Of a DNA stretch of 64,000 nucleotides, positions 39,036-52,395 are shown one piece after another. The notes under the pieces are model-generated. The model was given only the letters and a program-made list of their open reading frames with translations. It searched no databases and was not told the DNA's origin. The DNA is from Camelus dromedarius (taxonomy: Eukaryota). The stretch's first letter is position 1; every line of letters starts with the position of its first letter. A program made the position numbers and the translations under genes. The stretch is from assembly GCF_036321535.1 (NCBI RefSeq), contig NC_087438.1:13146001-13210000 (forward strand), read 5' to 3'.

Positions 39036-42000
39036 TATGTGGGTGCATATTTAATGATTCCCTTAAAAGTATTATAATATAAAGACTCAGAAAGATAGAT
39101 AGATATTGTACGTATTATCTCACATATGTATGAATATGTGTTTAAAATGTATTTTTTAAACTTAAGAACAAGTGTATTATATATGTCTTTAATAATTTAT
39201 GAATAAAAGAAAGAAAGCATTCTTAGCATCATCTAGAACATTCATCTCTAACCAATATCTGATGATTTTAATGCAGAAGTAGGCATTCCAGTAAAATCAG
39301 GAACTCACAAGGATTTGCATCATTATCAGTCTCATTTAAGAACTCTAAATTTTGAAAACAATGCAATCAGAATCTAACATAAAATAATAGAAAAAACTCA
39401 CTGAATTAAAGAGTAACAAATTCTATTTTTGAGCCTGCATATTTACAAGGATATATATTAAAAAAAAACTAAGTGAAGAATATGAATGATAACATGCATA
39501 CTTGGAGAACACCCACATAATAATATTGTGTTATAATTTGAAAATGAAGAAAGCAGAGAATCCAATGCCTGTTTTGATTGCATGTTAGAAAATATTACAC
39601 GTTTGAAATTGGCATGATAATAAATAGAAAAAAATCAACAGACTAGGTAAGGGAAGCATAAAAAGAAAAAGAGAAAATTGAAACAGTAAATGATAAATTT
39701 ATCTTACAAAACAATGTGAAGTAGATATTTAGCAAATGGACCAAATACAATTTCTGAGCACCCAAGGAATATGGTAAATCATTAGAAGATGGGGTCATGT
39801 GGAAGACAACCACAGCACGTACAACTGAAAATGTATCAGCAGTGACTCTCTCTTCCTCTTTCTTGGGAACCATATGGTCACTTATGTCTGCTCGCCAAAC
39901 ACATCTACTCCACATCTCTCTCTGCATTACAGCTTCTACTCCCTCAAAATTTCACTCTTCTGAAATGTTCGTTTGACTAATCATCTTGATGGCTACATGT
40001 TGTCTCCAGGCCTAGCACTACAAATTTGCACTTTGGCTTGTAAAACTTACAATATCTTCTTGATTTGTTAAAAAGTATTTCGTAAAAAAATAGATATGAT
40101 GGTTTCTCCTTGAGGTGGCATCGTATATTAGACATCTGACCCCTAAATGAATGCTTTCTGCAATGTCTATTGGTGGAGAGAAAGTAGTTCCTACAGAGAA
40201 GGGATTTGAGTTGAAAAATAGAGCAAACACTATTAATTCCCTAAATGATATCCCATTCTTCTCTTTTACCACAGTGAACAAATTCTAATTTTGTTTGGGG
40301 GTAGCAATGAAAATAAACTTATCTTTTTATTCTTTGCAGATAGCAATGGGCACAGGACATATTTTTGCCTGATATAAAGAAGAGTTTACTGGATGTTTGG
40401 CCCTTCTAGGTCTTCAACTTAGATCTTCAATGACTATTTGAACAATTATACCATCTTGGAACTATCTGCCTAGACTTTCAGGGCTTCAAATAAACTCTAT
40501 TTTGAATTTCAAGCAAGCTATATTTGGATTTGACATATGTAGTCAAATGCAAAACTAATTGATGGAAAATACCTTAAAACATTTCTACTACATTTCACAT
40601 CACTCCCCATTAAAACGTGGAACCTTATGTTCATGCATATAGTCCTCAAAATCCCTGCCCATCCTGATCAACTCGGTCATGTGTAGTCACTAGAGCCGTC
40701 AGACTTTCTGAACTGGAGGGAACACGCTATCTTATCCCCCTGTTGCGTACGGGTGAGATGTCGTGGGGCCATTTCTTTCAGATTTCCCAGTACTCAGAAC
40801 ACCGTTACCATCACAATCAGGTGTACACAATTCCCATCTTGAGCTCTGTTGATTAAATGATGTCAGCATGCTACATGTGTAACAGTAATGAAAAATAAGC
40901 CTATAGTAATAAGCAGACAAACAAAAACAAAATGAAATGTGGAATACATAGAATTCGCCAGAATATGACTGTACTGCAAGAGACCATTTCTGCAGGAGAG
41001 AGATGCCACTTCCTCTGAGCTGGTGAACTACAGATGTGGCACAACCTTTGAGGAAAGCCACTTATGATAGGGTGTCAGGTAAATTGTGAACTACGCACTA
41101 GATACCAGTTTTCACATATTTACCAGTTAATGAACTAATTTCCATATTCAGAGATTTCGCTATGACAACAAATGTCTGCTAAGAGGATGCCCCTTCTCAA
41201 CAATCTCAACCAATTAGGCATCCACTCACATAATATGTGCTGTAGCAAGACATTTTAAGCAAACACCGCTGACTTCCTTAGTCTGCAGGCAGAAAATTCT
41301 GCAAGAATAAGACTGCCTGCTGTGATGTTTGAACAGACAGAGATGCCCCTAACAGACCATGGGTTCTCCTGGCGATAGGACCTTCCTGACGCTTCAGTGA
41401 AATTTTTATTCGACTTGGGAACCAATGGTAAAGCCAGGAGCTGGTGTGATCCTGCGATTTTCCATTTGCTTCAGCAATCCTCAGCACAGCTAGACAGCCT
41501 GTTCTAAACAGCTGCGTCTGGTGCAGAAGAAAAATGACGGATGGGCTTCCGTTGCTTAGAAACAATATAGCACAGGGCTGCATCTTCCAGTGTTGCTGTG
41601 CACTAAAGGCTCCTCATGTCAGACTCCTATTTAGAGACTGAGGACAGAGACAAGCTGCAGAGAATCTTGACACATCACCCCCATTCTCCATCCTTCCCCA
41701 GCTTTAGAATGAGAGTCAGTGTGCTAAGAGGTGGAAAGTTGGGTGTAGATGGAAATACCCTATAGAGACCTAAGATGCCAGAATCTCTTATAATTCCTTC
41801 TTCACGTTCCCATTCCAACTGACAGTTCCCCTAATTGTCTTTAAAAAAAATCAGTGCATGTAAGTCACAAAAAGCTACTTCAACAAAGATTGTGACTACT
41901 GTCAGTCAAAAAAGTACCTGGTGCGTTTCTATACAAAATCCAGTTATCCCACCTTAACAGTTTCACTGTCTGCTTTAGACAAATGGGATTTTATAATTTT

Positions 42001-42609
42001 GCTTAATTATCTTCTTTTACCTGTGAACTTTCAGCAGGGAATGCAGGACAATTTTTGTTTCTTTTGAAGTCCAGTAGAAATGACACACAGGGTCATAGAT
42101 ACTCCTCTTTGGCTGCAAATCTTGTCAATCTTTCCCCTTCAATGGGCATGAGCTACAAAGTGATGGAATCAGTTTATAATTGAACTCTTTGCTCACCACA
42201 AAACATAGAATAGATTCATTGCAAGGAGTTTGAGGAAATTTTCACTGTTCTCACTCCGTTATAATCAATTACTCCAAATTCACAAGCGTTAGGAGATCAG
42301 CGCGTACGTTTCTCCAGCTTCACTGAAAAGGAATACGTATTTGGACAACTGGAGATCATGGTTTGCTGTTTCCTCCTGGGCTCTGTTCCACTATGCATTT
42401 ACCTCTCCTAAGGCTTTGAATGAAGAGTATACCCGTTTGGGGTTCTACATGGCATTGAATTTGTTCTGAGGACATCTAATTCTATACCATGTAGTGATCA
42501 TGCTTGTTCATTGGGGAAGAGCTGATCTGATAGCAGTAAAAACTTTAGGAAATGGAGGATTGCTGGACAAGCATGCAAAGCATGGTTATGTCTACTATGC
42601 ACTTAGCAC

Positions 42610-43640
42610 TGAAAAAACTACTCATCAGCCTAAAATTTTTTATCCAATTATATATATATTTTTAAAAAAATGAAGATGAATTAAGGTCATGCTTAAATGT
42701 AAATAGCTACGTTATTCTCTAGTATACATCTAGTAGACTAAATGTTACTGGGCGTAACTGCTGTGGAGGAAGAATTGATGTCATAGGGGAAATTGGAGCC
42801 ACCCACAGAAATAAACACCTGCAGAAATTGGAAATATATAGTTTAACAGTAAAGACTTTTGTTTCTCTGGTTGTAACTTCTTTAAGTGTTTGCTGAGAGT
42901 AGTAATGATAATGATGAATTAGAATTTTTTAAAACAAATACTGATGACTATTTCTTATATACAAGAATGTTTATTATTTGAAGTTAGATTGTCATGTTTT
43001 AAAATGCACATTGTAGAACGAAGAGCATCCATTAAACATTTAAAAAAAGAAATGTAGTTAATAATCCAATAAAGGAAACAAGCAGAATACTAATCAAAAA
43101 TCCGTTAATCCAAAGAAGGTAGGAAAAGAAAAGTAACAACAGAAGGGAAAACAGAAAACAAATACCAAGATGGTAGATTTAAACCCTATAATTTCAAAAA
43201 TTATATTAAATTTAAACATTCTTAACACTAAATTTAAAATTCACAGTTTGTCAGAATAGATGAAAAATCTAGATGTGACTCTACTTTGTTAAGAAGCACA
43301 CTTTGTAAATATAAAGAACACAGAAAGGTTCACAGTAAAAGAATGAAAAATAACCATCACACAAACAGCAATCACAAGAAACCTGGTGCAGGTATGTCAA
43401 TAAAAAAGAAACTAGAATTCAAGACAGGAAATATTATATCTTATAATGTTAAAAGAATCAGTTTCTAATAAGCCAGCATTATAAATGTGTTTTTCCCTAG
43501 TAACATAAAGTAAAAGCTGAAATATCTGAAAAAAATATGTGCTCACAATTGGAGTTGGAATTTCAACACTTTCCTCAATAACAGATAGAAGGAAATAAAA
43601 ATTTAATGAGGCAATAGAAGTTCTGAAAATTATCAACCTG
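42610..43640 (+). mobile_element. Old L1M(E) ORF1-ORF2 junction remnant
   Basis: caaataccaagatggtagatttaaaccc...ttatattaaatttaaacattcttaacac, and cacaattggagttggaatttcaacacttcctc. Confidence 0.75.
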
Positions 43641-43892
43641 GTTAGTCTTATACATCACAGTTATGAGCTTTTGTTTCTCTTTATTGTAATTTATTGATAT
43701 CTTTTTAATTGTTTTCATTCAGCACATATACTGAATGGGATGGAGCACTAAGAATTAGAATAACCTCCCTGCCTGCCGCATCATGGGATAATTTTCTCAA
43801 ATTAGCAGAGTATAATTTGCCAAAACGTATGGTGTTTTATCAGTTTTCTCACTAAATATAATTCCTACATCTGTATACATGAATTTTTTTTT

Positions 43893-43937
43893 GCATTCTT
43901 TTACTCCACACATATTGATTGTAGAGTAAAAGAATGC
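43893..43937. repeat. Inverted repeat: 18-bp arms (1 mismatch), 9-nt loop
   Basis: gcattcttttactccaca / catattgat / tgtagagtaaaagaatgc. Confidence 0.9.
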
Positions 43938-45649
43938 TCCTTAATATATTTGGTAAACATTTTAGCATAGGAAAGTGTAATTCTTCGAAATACTTTTGAT
44001 TATTGACCAATTTGAGGACCTCTTTAAAACAATAACAAATAATGGCATTTGTAAAGACTGGACTCCACTCTGACAGAGGAAAATGTTATCTTGCTCTGCA
44101 CTATGAACCAATGGCTTACACTTTTGACTGGCCCCAAATTGCCAATCAGCAAGTTTTTTTTGTTTGTTTGCTTGGTTTTTGTTTTGCTTGAAATTTGACT
44201 GTAGAAATCTATTTAGGATAAGAAAGTATTATAAAAATTGAAATCAATATTAAAAATTAAAATTATCTTCTCTAATTTTTATAAAAAAGATCAGAATTAT
44301 CAAAAGTGAATAAATTAATATATAAATTACTATATTATTATATAAATTAATATGTAAGTATAAACTATATACAACTCTGTAGTGTATTGATATATTGGTG
44401 ATGCCAAATTCCCTCACATTCTGTGTCAAATGGATCGTTTTCTTGGCTGTGGTTCTCGTATTCAGTAGTTTACGTTTGTTTAGTCTAAACCTTGTAGAGA
44501 ACACAGTTTAATGTCAATAATCAATATTAAATAGTTACTCTACCCTCTTATCAGGAATGATGATGCAGGAATGGTTACTTTCTAATATTCTTCCTTTGCA
44601 AAAAAAGGAGAAAATAATCCATTGCTATTATAAACCAAAGTATTGTGATATTCCATCTTTTAGGACATTGGACTTTGAAAAACCATATGTAGAAAATACA
44701 CTATTTTATATACTTAACCATAAACAATTGTTACCACTCCCTATAAGTCAGCCATAAATTTCATTGCTGTTTCTGACTTTCTTCATAATTTGTATACTTA
44801 TTTATGGAAAAAATTGAGTGTTACAATACTATCATTACTAGGCATTGAAGATTTGATGTAACAAGAAACTGATTAAAATTTTAACATAAAAATATCTTCA
44901 AAGATAAATAATAGTTCTAAATCACTTAATGCCATTCTTTTTGGTTATGCTAAGTTAATTATCTTTAAACAATAGATCTAATGCTATATGGTGAATTCAA
45001 ATTCATTTGGAGGTGTATTTTATTTTAAACATTATGTTCTCAGAAACTTATGGATTTATTACTAAATTAAGTGGGTTATAATTGAATCGAAGGTATCAAC
45101 ATCATCAAAAATAATTATTTATTCTTGTATATCTTAAAGATCTTCTCATTATGCAAATTAGGAGTGTCGATTATTATGTACATCCCTTGGATAACAGGCA
45201 ATGTATGATTATGTTTCCAGAATGATGCATCTGTTCTGATTTGATTTAACTACCCATCAGTGACTATAAATTGTTGGGTAATTTTGTTTGATTGGCAAAA
45301 TAATTTTAGTGCAGTTTAAGCAATATTGTTGCATTTGTGCCTGGATTTCCAATGCTTTTTTTTTCCTGCGGCATATCAAGTAAAAAAATACTGAGTCTAT
45401 TTACCTCATGAGTTACTTAAGCACATCCTAGGAAAAAATATAACTATCAATTTTACTTCAGGTTAGAGAGTTCTGCAATATAATATAATCAGCTTTTATC
45501 ATTTTGAAAGTTGAATTTCTATATGACCATAATTATCTCCTTACATTTTCTTTTAGGGAAATTAAACCATCATTCTTCATCTCTGATGTGGGCAGCATCT
45601 TTTAAGCATCAAATAAGACATGTAATTTTTGTCTGTGACAATTCTGTTA

Positions 45650-46445
45650 TACTCTACACCCAAAGCCTGAACAACTTTGTTTGGCTCTGTCTTCAATTTA
45701 GTTACAAAAACCAACTCGTTTCTTGGAGTTTCTCTACCACGATAACTCTAGTCTAAGCCACCGTAAACTCTTGTCTGGACTGTAACAATGACTTCTAACT
45801 GGTCCCTCAGCTTCGTCCTTTGACACCTCTTAGTCTGTCCTCATCTGGGCCGTCAGAGAGATGCTCAAAGGCATCTACTGGCATCCCATGTAGTTCAAAA
45901 TCAAAGTGCAGATCCTTAATCTGAAGCATAGTATGCTTTTTGCCCAACTTCACCTTCTGAACTTATCTTCTGTGACTTTCCACAGTCCTCGCTTTTGCCA
46001 GACGGTCCCTGGATGTCACTCCTGCCCACTCAGTATACTCCTGTCTCAGGGCCTTTGCACTTGCTGTCCTCATACCGAGTGCACCCTCTTCCCAGTTGTG
46101 GTCGGCCAGCATGCTCACTTCATTCAGCAATCTGTTCAAATATGACTGCTCCACAGATGCTCTTCCTGAACATGCTATGTTAAAAAATACTCATGCTGTT
46201 TCTCTGTTCCAGCTGTTTCTCTGTTCCCCTTCACTTTGTGTACTTTAATTGGCTTTATAATTGTTTATATCATTCATCTCCACCTGGCTTGTAAGACTTG
46301 TATTCTATAATTATCATCTCTTCCTCTCCGTTAGAATGACAGCTTCAGGAGAGGAGAGAATTGGCTTTCTTCCTGGCAGCATCCTCAGCACAGAACTCAG
46401 TGTCTGGTCCACAGTAGAGATATAATAATAAATCATTGGAGAAAG
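45650..46445 (+). mobile_element. L2 3' fragment
   Basis: actctagtctaagccaccg, cttctaactggtccctcagc, tcagggcctttgcacttgctgtcc, cagtgtctggtccacagtagaga...ataaatcattgga. Confidence 0.85.
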
Positions 46446-49047
46446 AAGTTCTCCATGTGTGTGAATTATTTAACCAAATGATTTTAAAAGTGGGGTTACA
46501 TGTTGTTGAACAATATAAAAAGGAAAATTATATAGTTGACTAAGCATTATATAAAATATCATGAACTTTGATTCTGTTTTAACAGCAAAGCTATAGTAAC
46601 ATAGGTATACTTTTACCAATGCACCAGAAGATCTTAAAGCAGGCCTAATTAACAAAATTAAATTGTGTCATACTATTATTGTTTTAATGTTAAGAATACT
46701 TCCTGATAATTCTGGAGTGATTTTTATCCCAAAAGACCTGCAATTCCTGTGAGAAATACTGTGTCTTTTTTGTCTTTCTACAACACCATTGTGTACAATT
46801 AAAAAAAAAACAAACCTGTATATAATAGATTTGTAAGGAATATGTTGAAGAATAATATCAAAGCAATGTCATTTATCTTATAACTTTCTATTTGAATTGC
46901 AAATAGTGAAGAAATCAAAACCGGAAAAAAATACAAATATTCTCAGGGTGGAAACAATTTCTTTGAAGAAGTAGAGGTGTGATGTCATAGCCTTTCATGT
47001 AATTAACATCATAGGCACCGTTATGCTACTAAGAAAATACTATAAAAGGAAAGGTGAGTCTTCAGAGTTTTTCTTATTATTTTCCTCTAGGAAGAAGTCA
47101 CTTTGGTATGATTTTTTTTTTTTGATAAAACTGAAATCAATTTTAAGTCAAAGCACATCATCTCTTTAATATAGACTTTCTGCATTAAATAGAATCCCAG
47201 TTATGAGTAAGTAGAAAAGAAAAAGAGCAAGAATTAAACAATTTTGTATCCCCAATAGATCTTCAAGAGAGAAGATGTAACACTTAGCTGAATGTTAAAT
47301 GTACTTAAATGAAAATGAAGCAGTGAGCTAAGCAGCTTCCCCTTCTTTCCCTGTGATAGTGCATTTTCTGTCATTCTATCATTGCCCCACACTGTCTGCC
47401 CATATCTATAGGACTATTTCTAAGGCACATATAAAATTAAGAAAAACAGTACAAAGGTGATACACAGATATAGACAGACACAGATAATACGTGAAATAAA
47501 TGAACTAAATCCCAACTTTGGTTTTGTCTGTTCATCTCCTTCAGCTCCAGAGAAGGTGTAAATAGTCCACATTCCCTTCCTCCATCATGTGCTCTCTTGT
47601 GCAGTCCCTCTGGTTTCCTTGTTTCTTTGAATCCTCAGTTGTAGGCATCACAGGCAGTAGGTGATACTTAGACAATTCTTATCTCCAGAATGACCCAGCT
47701 TTTTGCCTCCCTCTCCAGGTAACTCTAAAATATGTTGATCACACATATCTCCATCCTGGAGGGTGCAAAAAGCATTCTGTATTGCCCAATATTCCTCACT
47801 CATTGTTTGAAGACTGGTGCATGCATTCTGGAAGGCTACGGGAATATCTGCTCCTTCAGTCATCACTCCATGGTACCCTTCCTGAAGTCTCAGGCTCCAG
47901 CTCATAGAAATAATTTTGCAGATAAAGGGGGGAAAATACTAGAATCTCTATAAGCTTGGTACAGAGGGAGAGGAAAAAAATTAATAACTAAACAACGTAG
48001 TTTAGTTTTTTATTGTCTCTGAATTTTCTAATCCTGCATAAGCAAAGCTTTCTATTTTCTATAGAAGTTTTGCCTTTCAGAGCTTTATTTGCAAATGGTT
48101 TGTTTGTCCTTGGTTCTTTCTTGAGCATCATCACACCACACCACTTCCACCAATAACACTACTTCCACATTACATCCATCCAGTTACCAGATTACTATAT
48201 GAAGCCTTATTTGCATTAGCATCCCATCAGGAATCACAAAATTTCCACAATGTTAACCATCAAAGAACTGCGACAGTTTAATCTGTACAATTATTTTGTG
48301 CACATGAATATTGATTATTCTATTGAAAATAATTTTCTAAAAATTACTGCAGAAGGGCTTTTCAGGCAAAGGGAAATAAACCAGGGAAATCTGTCAGAGT
48401 AAAATATGGAGATGTGTAAAAGAATTAGGAAGAGGATTAGAGGAGTGAGATTGAAGTCTGTGGTTAAACACAAACACACACAGCAAAAATGCTTGCACAG
48501 GGAAGTTTACAGCTTTAGAACTGACAAAAGATCTTAAGAAATACAATATTGCTCATTAGGAGAGAGGCTGAGAAGAGTAATGTGTGAGGTTGGAAGAATA
48601 GGTCATAAAAGAACACATCTGACACCAAGGCACAATGAAATGCAATTAAAATGTTCTCACGACAATTCGTAAAAGGATGAAATGTATTGCACCAAGTTTT
48701 ATGGCCTAATAAAACTAAGATGTACCTTCACTCTGCTGGAAAGGTTTATGAAGAGAAGGAGAGAAGAGGTAATATGAACAGGTGGTTTCTGTGGCTTCTG
48801 GGGTGCTATCTAAAGGGATAGATGAACTCTCATTCATTTCTAATAAAATAGAAAGATACTGAAGTAGAAATACTAGGCTTGGGTTTTTTTTTGTTTTTTA
48901 AATGGAAACAAATATATCTATATCGAAGTGAAATCTTTAAAAAATCAAATTTAAAAATTACAATTCTGTGTAGCTAATTACCCTGACATTTCCATCTACA
49001 ATTACCTTATTTCTTCTTTTTTTTTTGCAAAATAAATAGATGATGAT

Positions 49048-49082
<35 letters not shown>
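49048..49082. repeat. (GATA)n microsatellite
   Basis: Direct reading. Confidence 0.95.
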
Positions 49083-49486
49083 GGATAAATTAGCTACCTA
49101 GCTAGACAATTCATGCTATATGTGCCCAGAAGTGTTTTTCTAGTAAAATTGTAAAAGAGAATAAAGAATAACATTAACATGTACATTTGTATCTCCGCAT
49201 GCAAACAGAATATTACCATTATACAAGGTACTGTTTGATAACATTGACTCACTGTTTAATTGCATTTACTTGTAAGGGAAAAAAAGGGGGGGCAACCCAA
49301 TGTTCCCTATTAACATAATGTAAGAGAACGGGGGTGTTGTAATAGACATCTCATTTCCTGCTTATTCACTAGGAGTATAAAGTCATGGATTCTATGGGCT
49401 TCAATATCTTTATTCATAAAATTGGGTTCTTATCTGCCCTGCTCGTCTGCTTTAGGGTTTCAGTGATCACAACTCGATGCTACTTC

Positions 49487-49794
49487 AAATGTGATGACTG
49501 ATGTCCTTATAAAAAGAAGACAGAGACAGACAGGGAGAGAACAGCGTGTGAGGACAGAAGGTCGGGGTACAAGAGTCGCAGGCCCCAGGACTCGATGGCT
49601 GGATTGCTGGCAGCCACCAGGAGCTAGGAAAAGGCAAGAAAGGATTTCTTGCTACCAATTTCAGAGAGAGCATGGCCCTCCTGACACCTTGATTTTGAAC
49701 TTCTAGTTTCTGGAACTGTGAGTCAATAAAATTTTATTGTTTTAAGCCACTTAGTTTGTATTACTTTGTATTGGAAGTCCTAGGAAACAAATAT
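49487..49794 (+). mobile_element. MLT1C-like MaLR LTR (3' part)
   Basis: gactgatgtccttataaaaaga...ggcagccaccaggagctagg...catggccctcctgacaccttgattttgaacttctag...cctaggaaacaaatata. Confidence 0.88.
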
Positions 49795-49807
49795 AAAAGT
49801 GTTTAAG

Positions 49808-50103
49808 ACAGATTCACTGACATATAAAACAAACTCATGGTTACCAGGGGAACGGGGATGGGAAGGGATAAACTGGGAATTCAAGATTTGCAGATAATAA
49901 CGATCATATGTAAAATAGATAAACAATAAGTTCACACTACGTAGCACAGGGAATTATATTCAGTACTTTGTAGTAACCTACAATGAAAAAGAATATGAAA
50001 AGGAATATATGTTTGTAAACATGTGACTGAAACATTGTGCTGTACGCCAGAAATCAGCGCAACACTGTAAGCTGACTATACTTCAAGTAAAATAATCAAA
50101 ACT
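49808..50103 (+). mobile_element. Young L1 3' UTR fragment
   Basis: Same 3' UTR family as 7795, 22341 and 62875. A degenerate TSD is possible (aaagtgtttaagaca / aaattgtttgagaca). Confidence 0.9.
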
Positions 50104-51914
50104 AAATTGTTTGAGACATATATACAAGATCTGCTATTCACTAATGGTTAGAAAAATCAAATAATTTCATAAACCAACAACTTGATTATTGATGGTGTTA
50201 CAGCTCAGCAGGGACTGATTTATTTGAGCTATTATTCCATTCCTGTAGAAACTGTCCTGATTCTCAGTTAATTAAAAAAATTATTAACCAACTTTGTAAC
50301 AAATAAGTGCAAAGAAAAAAAATGTTTAAGTTGTGTTTTTCTTTTATAAAAGAAACAGTAGTAGAATCAAGTTCAGGGATAATACAGAAACGTTTGTAAT
50401 TTAGGAAAAGGCAAACATTACTTATGTGTTTTGTTTCTCTTTCAGTGTGGTGATGTCAATTTTTCTGAGTCTTTCCATGTTAATGATTCTGAATAGTAAC
50501 ATGACCCAAATACTGCTAAAGTTTCCCTTAAACAAATGCTTGCCCCATTTTAATAATTGATTGTAGAAAATAAACAGATAGGAGTATTAAAAAATACTAA
50601 AACAAGTTTGTTAAGATAATTTTAATTGCTATAACTGATCAATCTTCAAGTCTCTATGGCTTAATGCAATAGTTAGTACAAAATCTCATGGCCGTGGACT
50701 TGATGGTCAAAATGACACTGTCTCACTTGTTTACTTGGAAACCCAGCTTGACAGAGGTGCTTTCTGCCTTCAGCACGTCTCCCAAAGTCATCCAGGAACA
50801 TCAAGTCATCAGACGGCCTGTGTTGATGACAATCTGTGCCAAGTCTCCTTTGTTTTAATACCATGTCTATCATGTGCTGTCACAGGGATATGCAGACTTA
50901 ACTGGTACAAGTTGAACAGAGGACCTGAAAAAAATAAATATTAAAATGGAATTCGTCATCATGTTTTAGACTCAAAATTCTTCAAGCAAGCGTTATTCCT
51001 TCAAAACCTGGCGACCTACAAAATAAAAAGATGAAAGACTCGCACACACAATTATTATCACATGTGGCTCAGAGCTACGATATGTGCAATTAAAACTCTC
51101 CTCAAAAAGGAAATCTAACTGGGCACCTGTGTGAGTCCAAGATGGAAAGTTTTCGATGAGACCCTTATTTTGCCCCTCAGAGGCCCCCCTGCATCCTTTA
51201 TCCCACCCACGTGATGGGGAAAGTGAGTGGCTTGGAGATGCTCTCTCCCTGGTGTCCTTGCTACAGGTCTAGGGTTTTCAGCCTAATCCCTGCAGGTGCA
51301 CTTTTGGGGCCCCACATGCTGTTTCCTTGCTTGAATTGAGTAAGGTTATTTGCATCCTGGCTAGAGATTCCATCGGTAATATTATTTCCTAAAAGTGTTA
51401 GTGAGCTTCCAATGTCTGCTTCCCCCACAGTCTCCTATGCAAATGTCTGTATCCAAAGTCCTTTCCTAGACCCTGGTTCCGAAGTCACTCTCAGTCCCTC
51501 CCTTCCTTTGTTTCTCACAAAGAATGGCAGCTGCTTTGAGGCCCTTTATTTCTTTTTGACTCCTGGCTGCAGAAACATTTTGTTCAACTAAGTAGTCTCC
51601 CCAGCCTTTGCTGCCCCAGACCCTGTTAGTCTCATTGCTTGTCATCAGGGGCTAGTAGCATCCATTCTTTACTGTCAGGATTGACATGTCTATTCTATTT
51701 GATCACTGTGTAAGGAAACAGCAGATTCCTATCTGTGTCCACCTCTTATTCATAGCACTTTGCCAAAGAAAAACAACACATTTTTTCCAATCACTCCACT
51801 TAGAGATACAGGCTTCAGTGTACTTAGTTTGTGTTCTAACCTTCATAAGAGATGCTTTGATTTTCAGCCTGGCCATTAAGAAATTACTACATACATGTAT
51901 TTTTATAAAAGCAG

Positions 51915-52395
51915 TGTAACTGAGCAGGACCCTGTGAGGTCTTCCAGCGTCAGACCCCTTCCCCACATCCTCTGCCGCAGCTCCTCTCTGAAGTACCCAG
52001 TTCATAGTATCTCATGCATATTTCCTGAGTTTTTCAGATGCTAATAGCCACCACCAAAGGGAAGAAATTAACTACTTGAAGATCAGGGGCACGTGGCTGT
52101 CAGACCTTCTGGCGCCTAGGCGTTGACAGTGTTGACAGCCCTGTTCTCTCAACATCAACCAATCAGAGGACGGTACACCAGCTGATCATGTACCCTGGGA
52201 CATCCCACCCCCCCTTATCTGGCCTTTAACTATGCTTTGCTGAAACCCTTCAGGGAGTTCGGGGTTTTCTTTGGCATGAGTCACCCCGTCCTCCTTGCTC
52301 GGTCCTGCAATAAACCTTTCTCTGCTCTAGACTCCCATGTTTCAGTTTGCTTGGCCTCCTGGTACAGCAGGTACATGAACTTGCTTTCAGTAACA
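51915..52395 (+). mobile_element. ERV1-type solo LTR, copy B, with 4-bp TSD GCAG
   Basis: tgtaactgagc...agtaaca, with gcag at 51911-51914 and 52396-52399, and AATAAA near 52309. Confidence 0.92.

Noticed and set aside
44100..44150. Two CCAAT boxes 34 bp apart as an NF-Y promoter
   Set aside because: No CpG island, TATA box or downstream exon to support a promoter.
46195..46227. 17-bp tandem duplication (gctgtttctctgttcc)
   Set aside because: Real, but an ordinary slippage event inside an L2 fossil.
47648..47953. Overlapping 85-aa and 73-aa ORFs
   Set aside because: No homology recognised and no coherent splice signals.
23885..52395. The two similar LTRs as the ends of one 28-kb provirus or composite element
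   Set aside because: Copy B has its own 4-bp TSD, no PBS or gag/pol follows copy A, and the interval holds much older L2/MLT1/L1M repeats.
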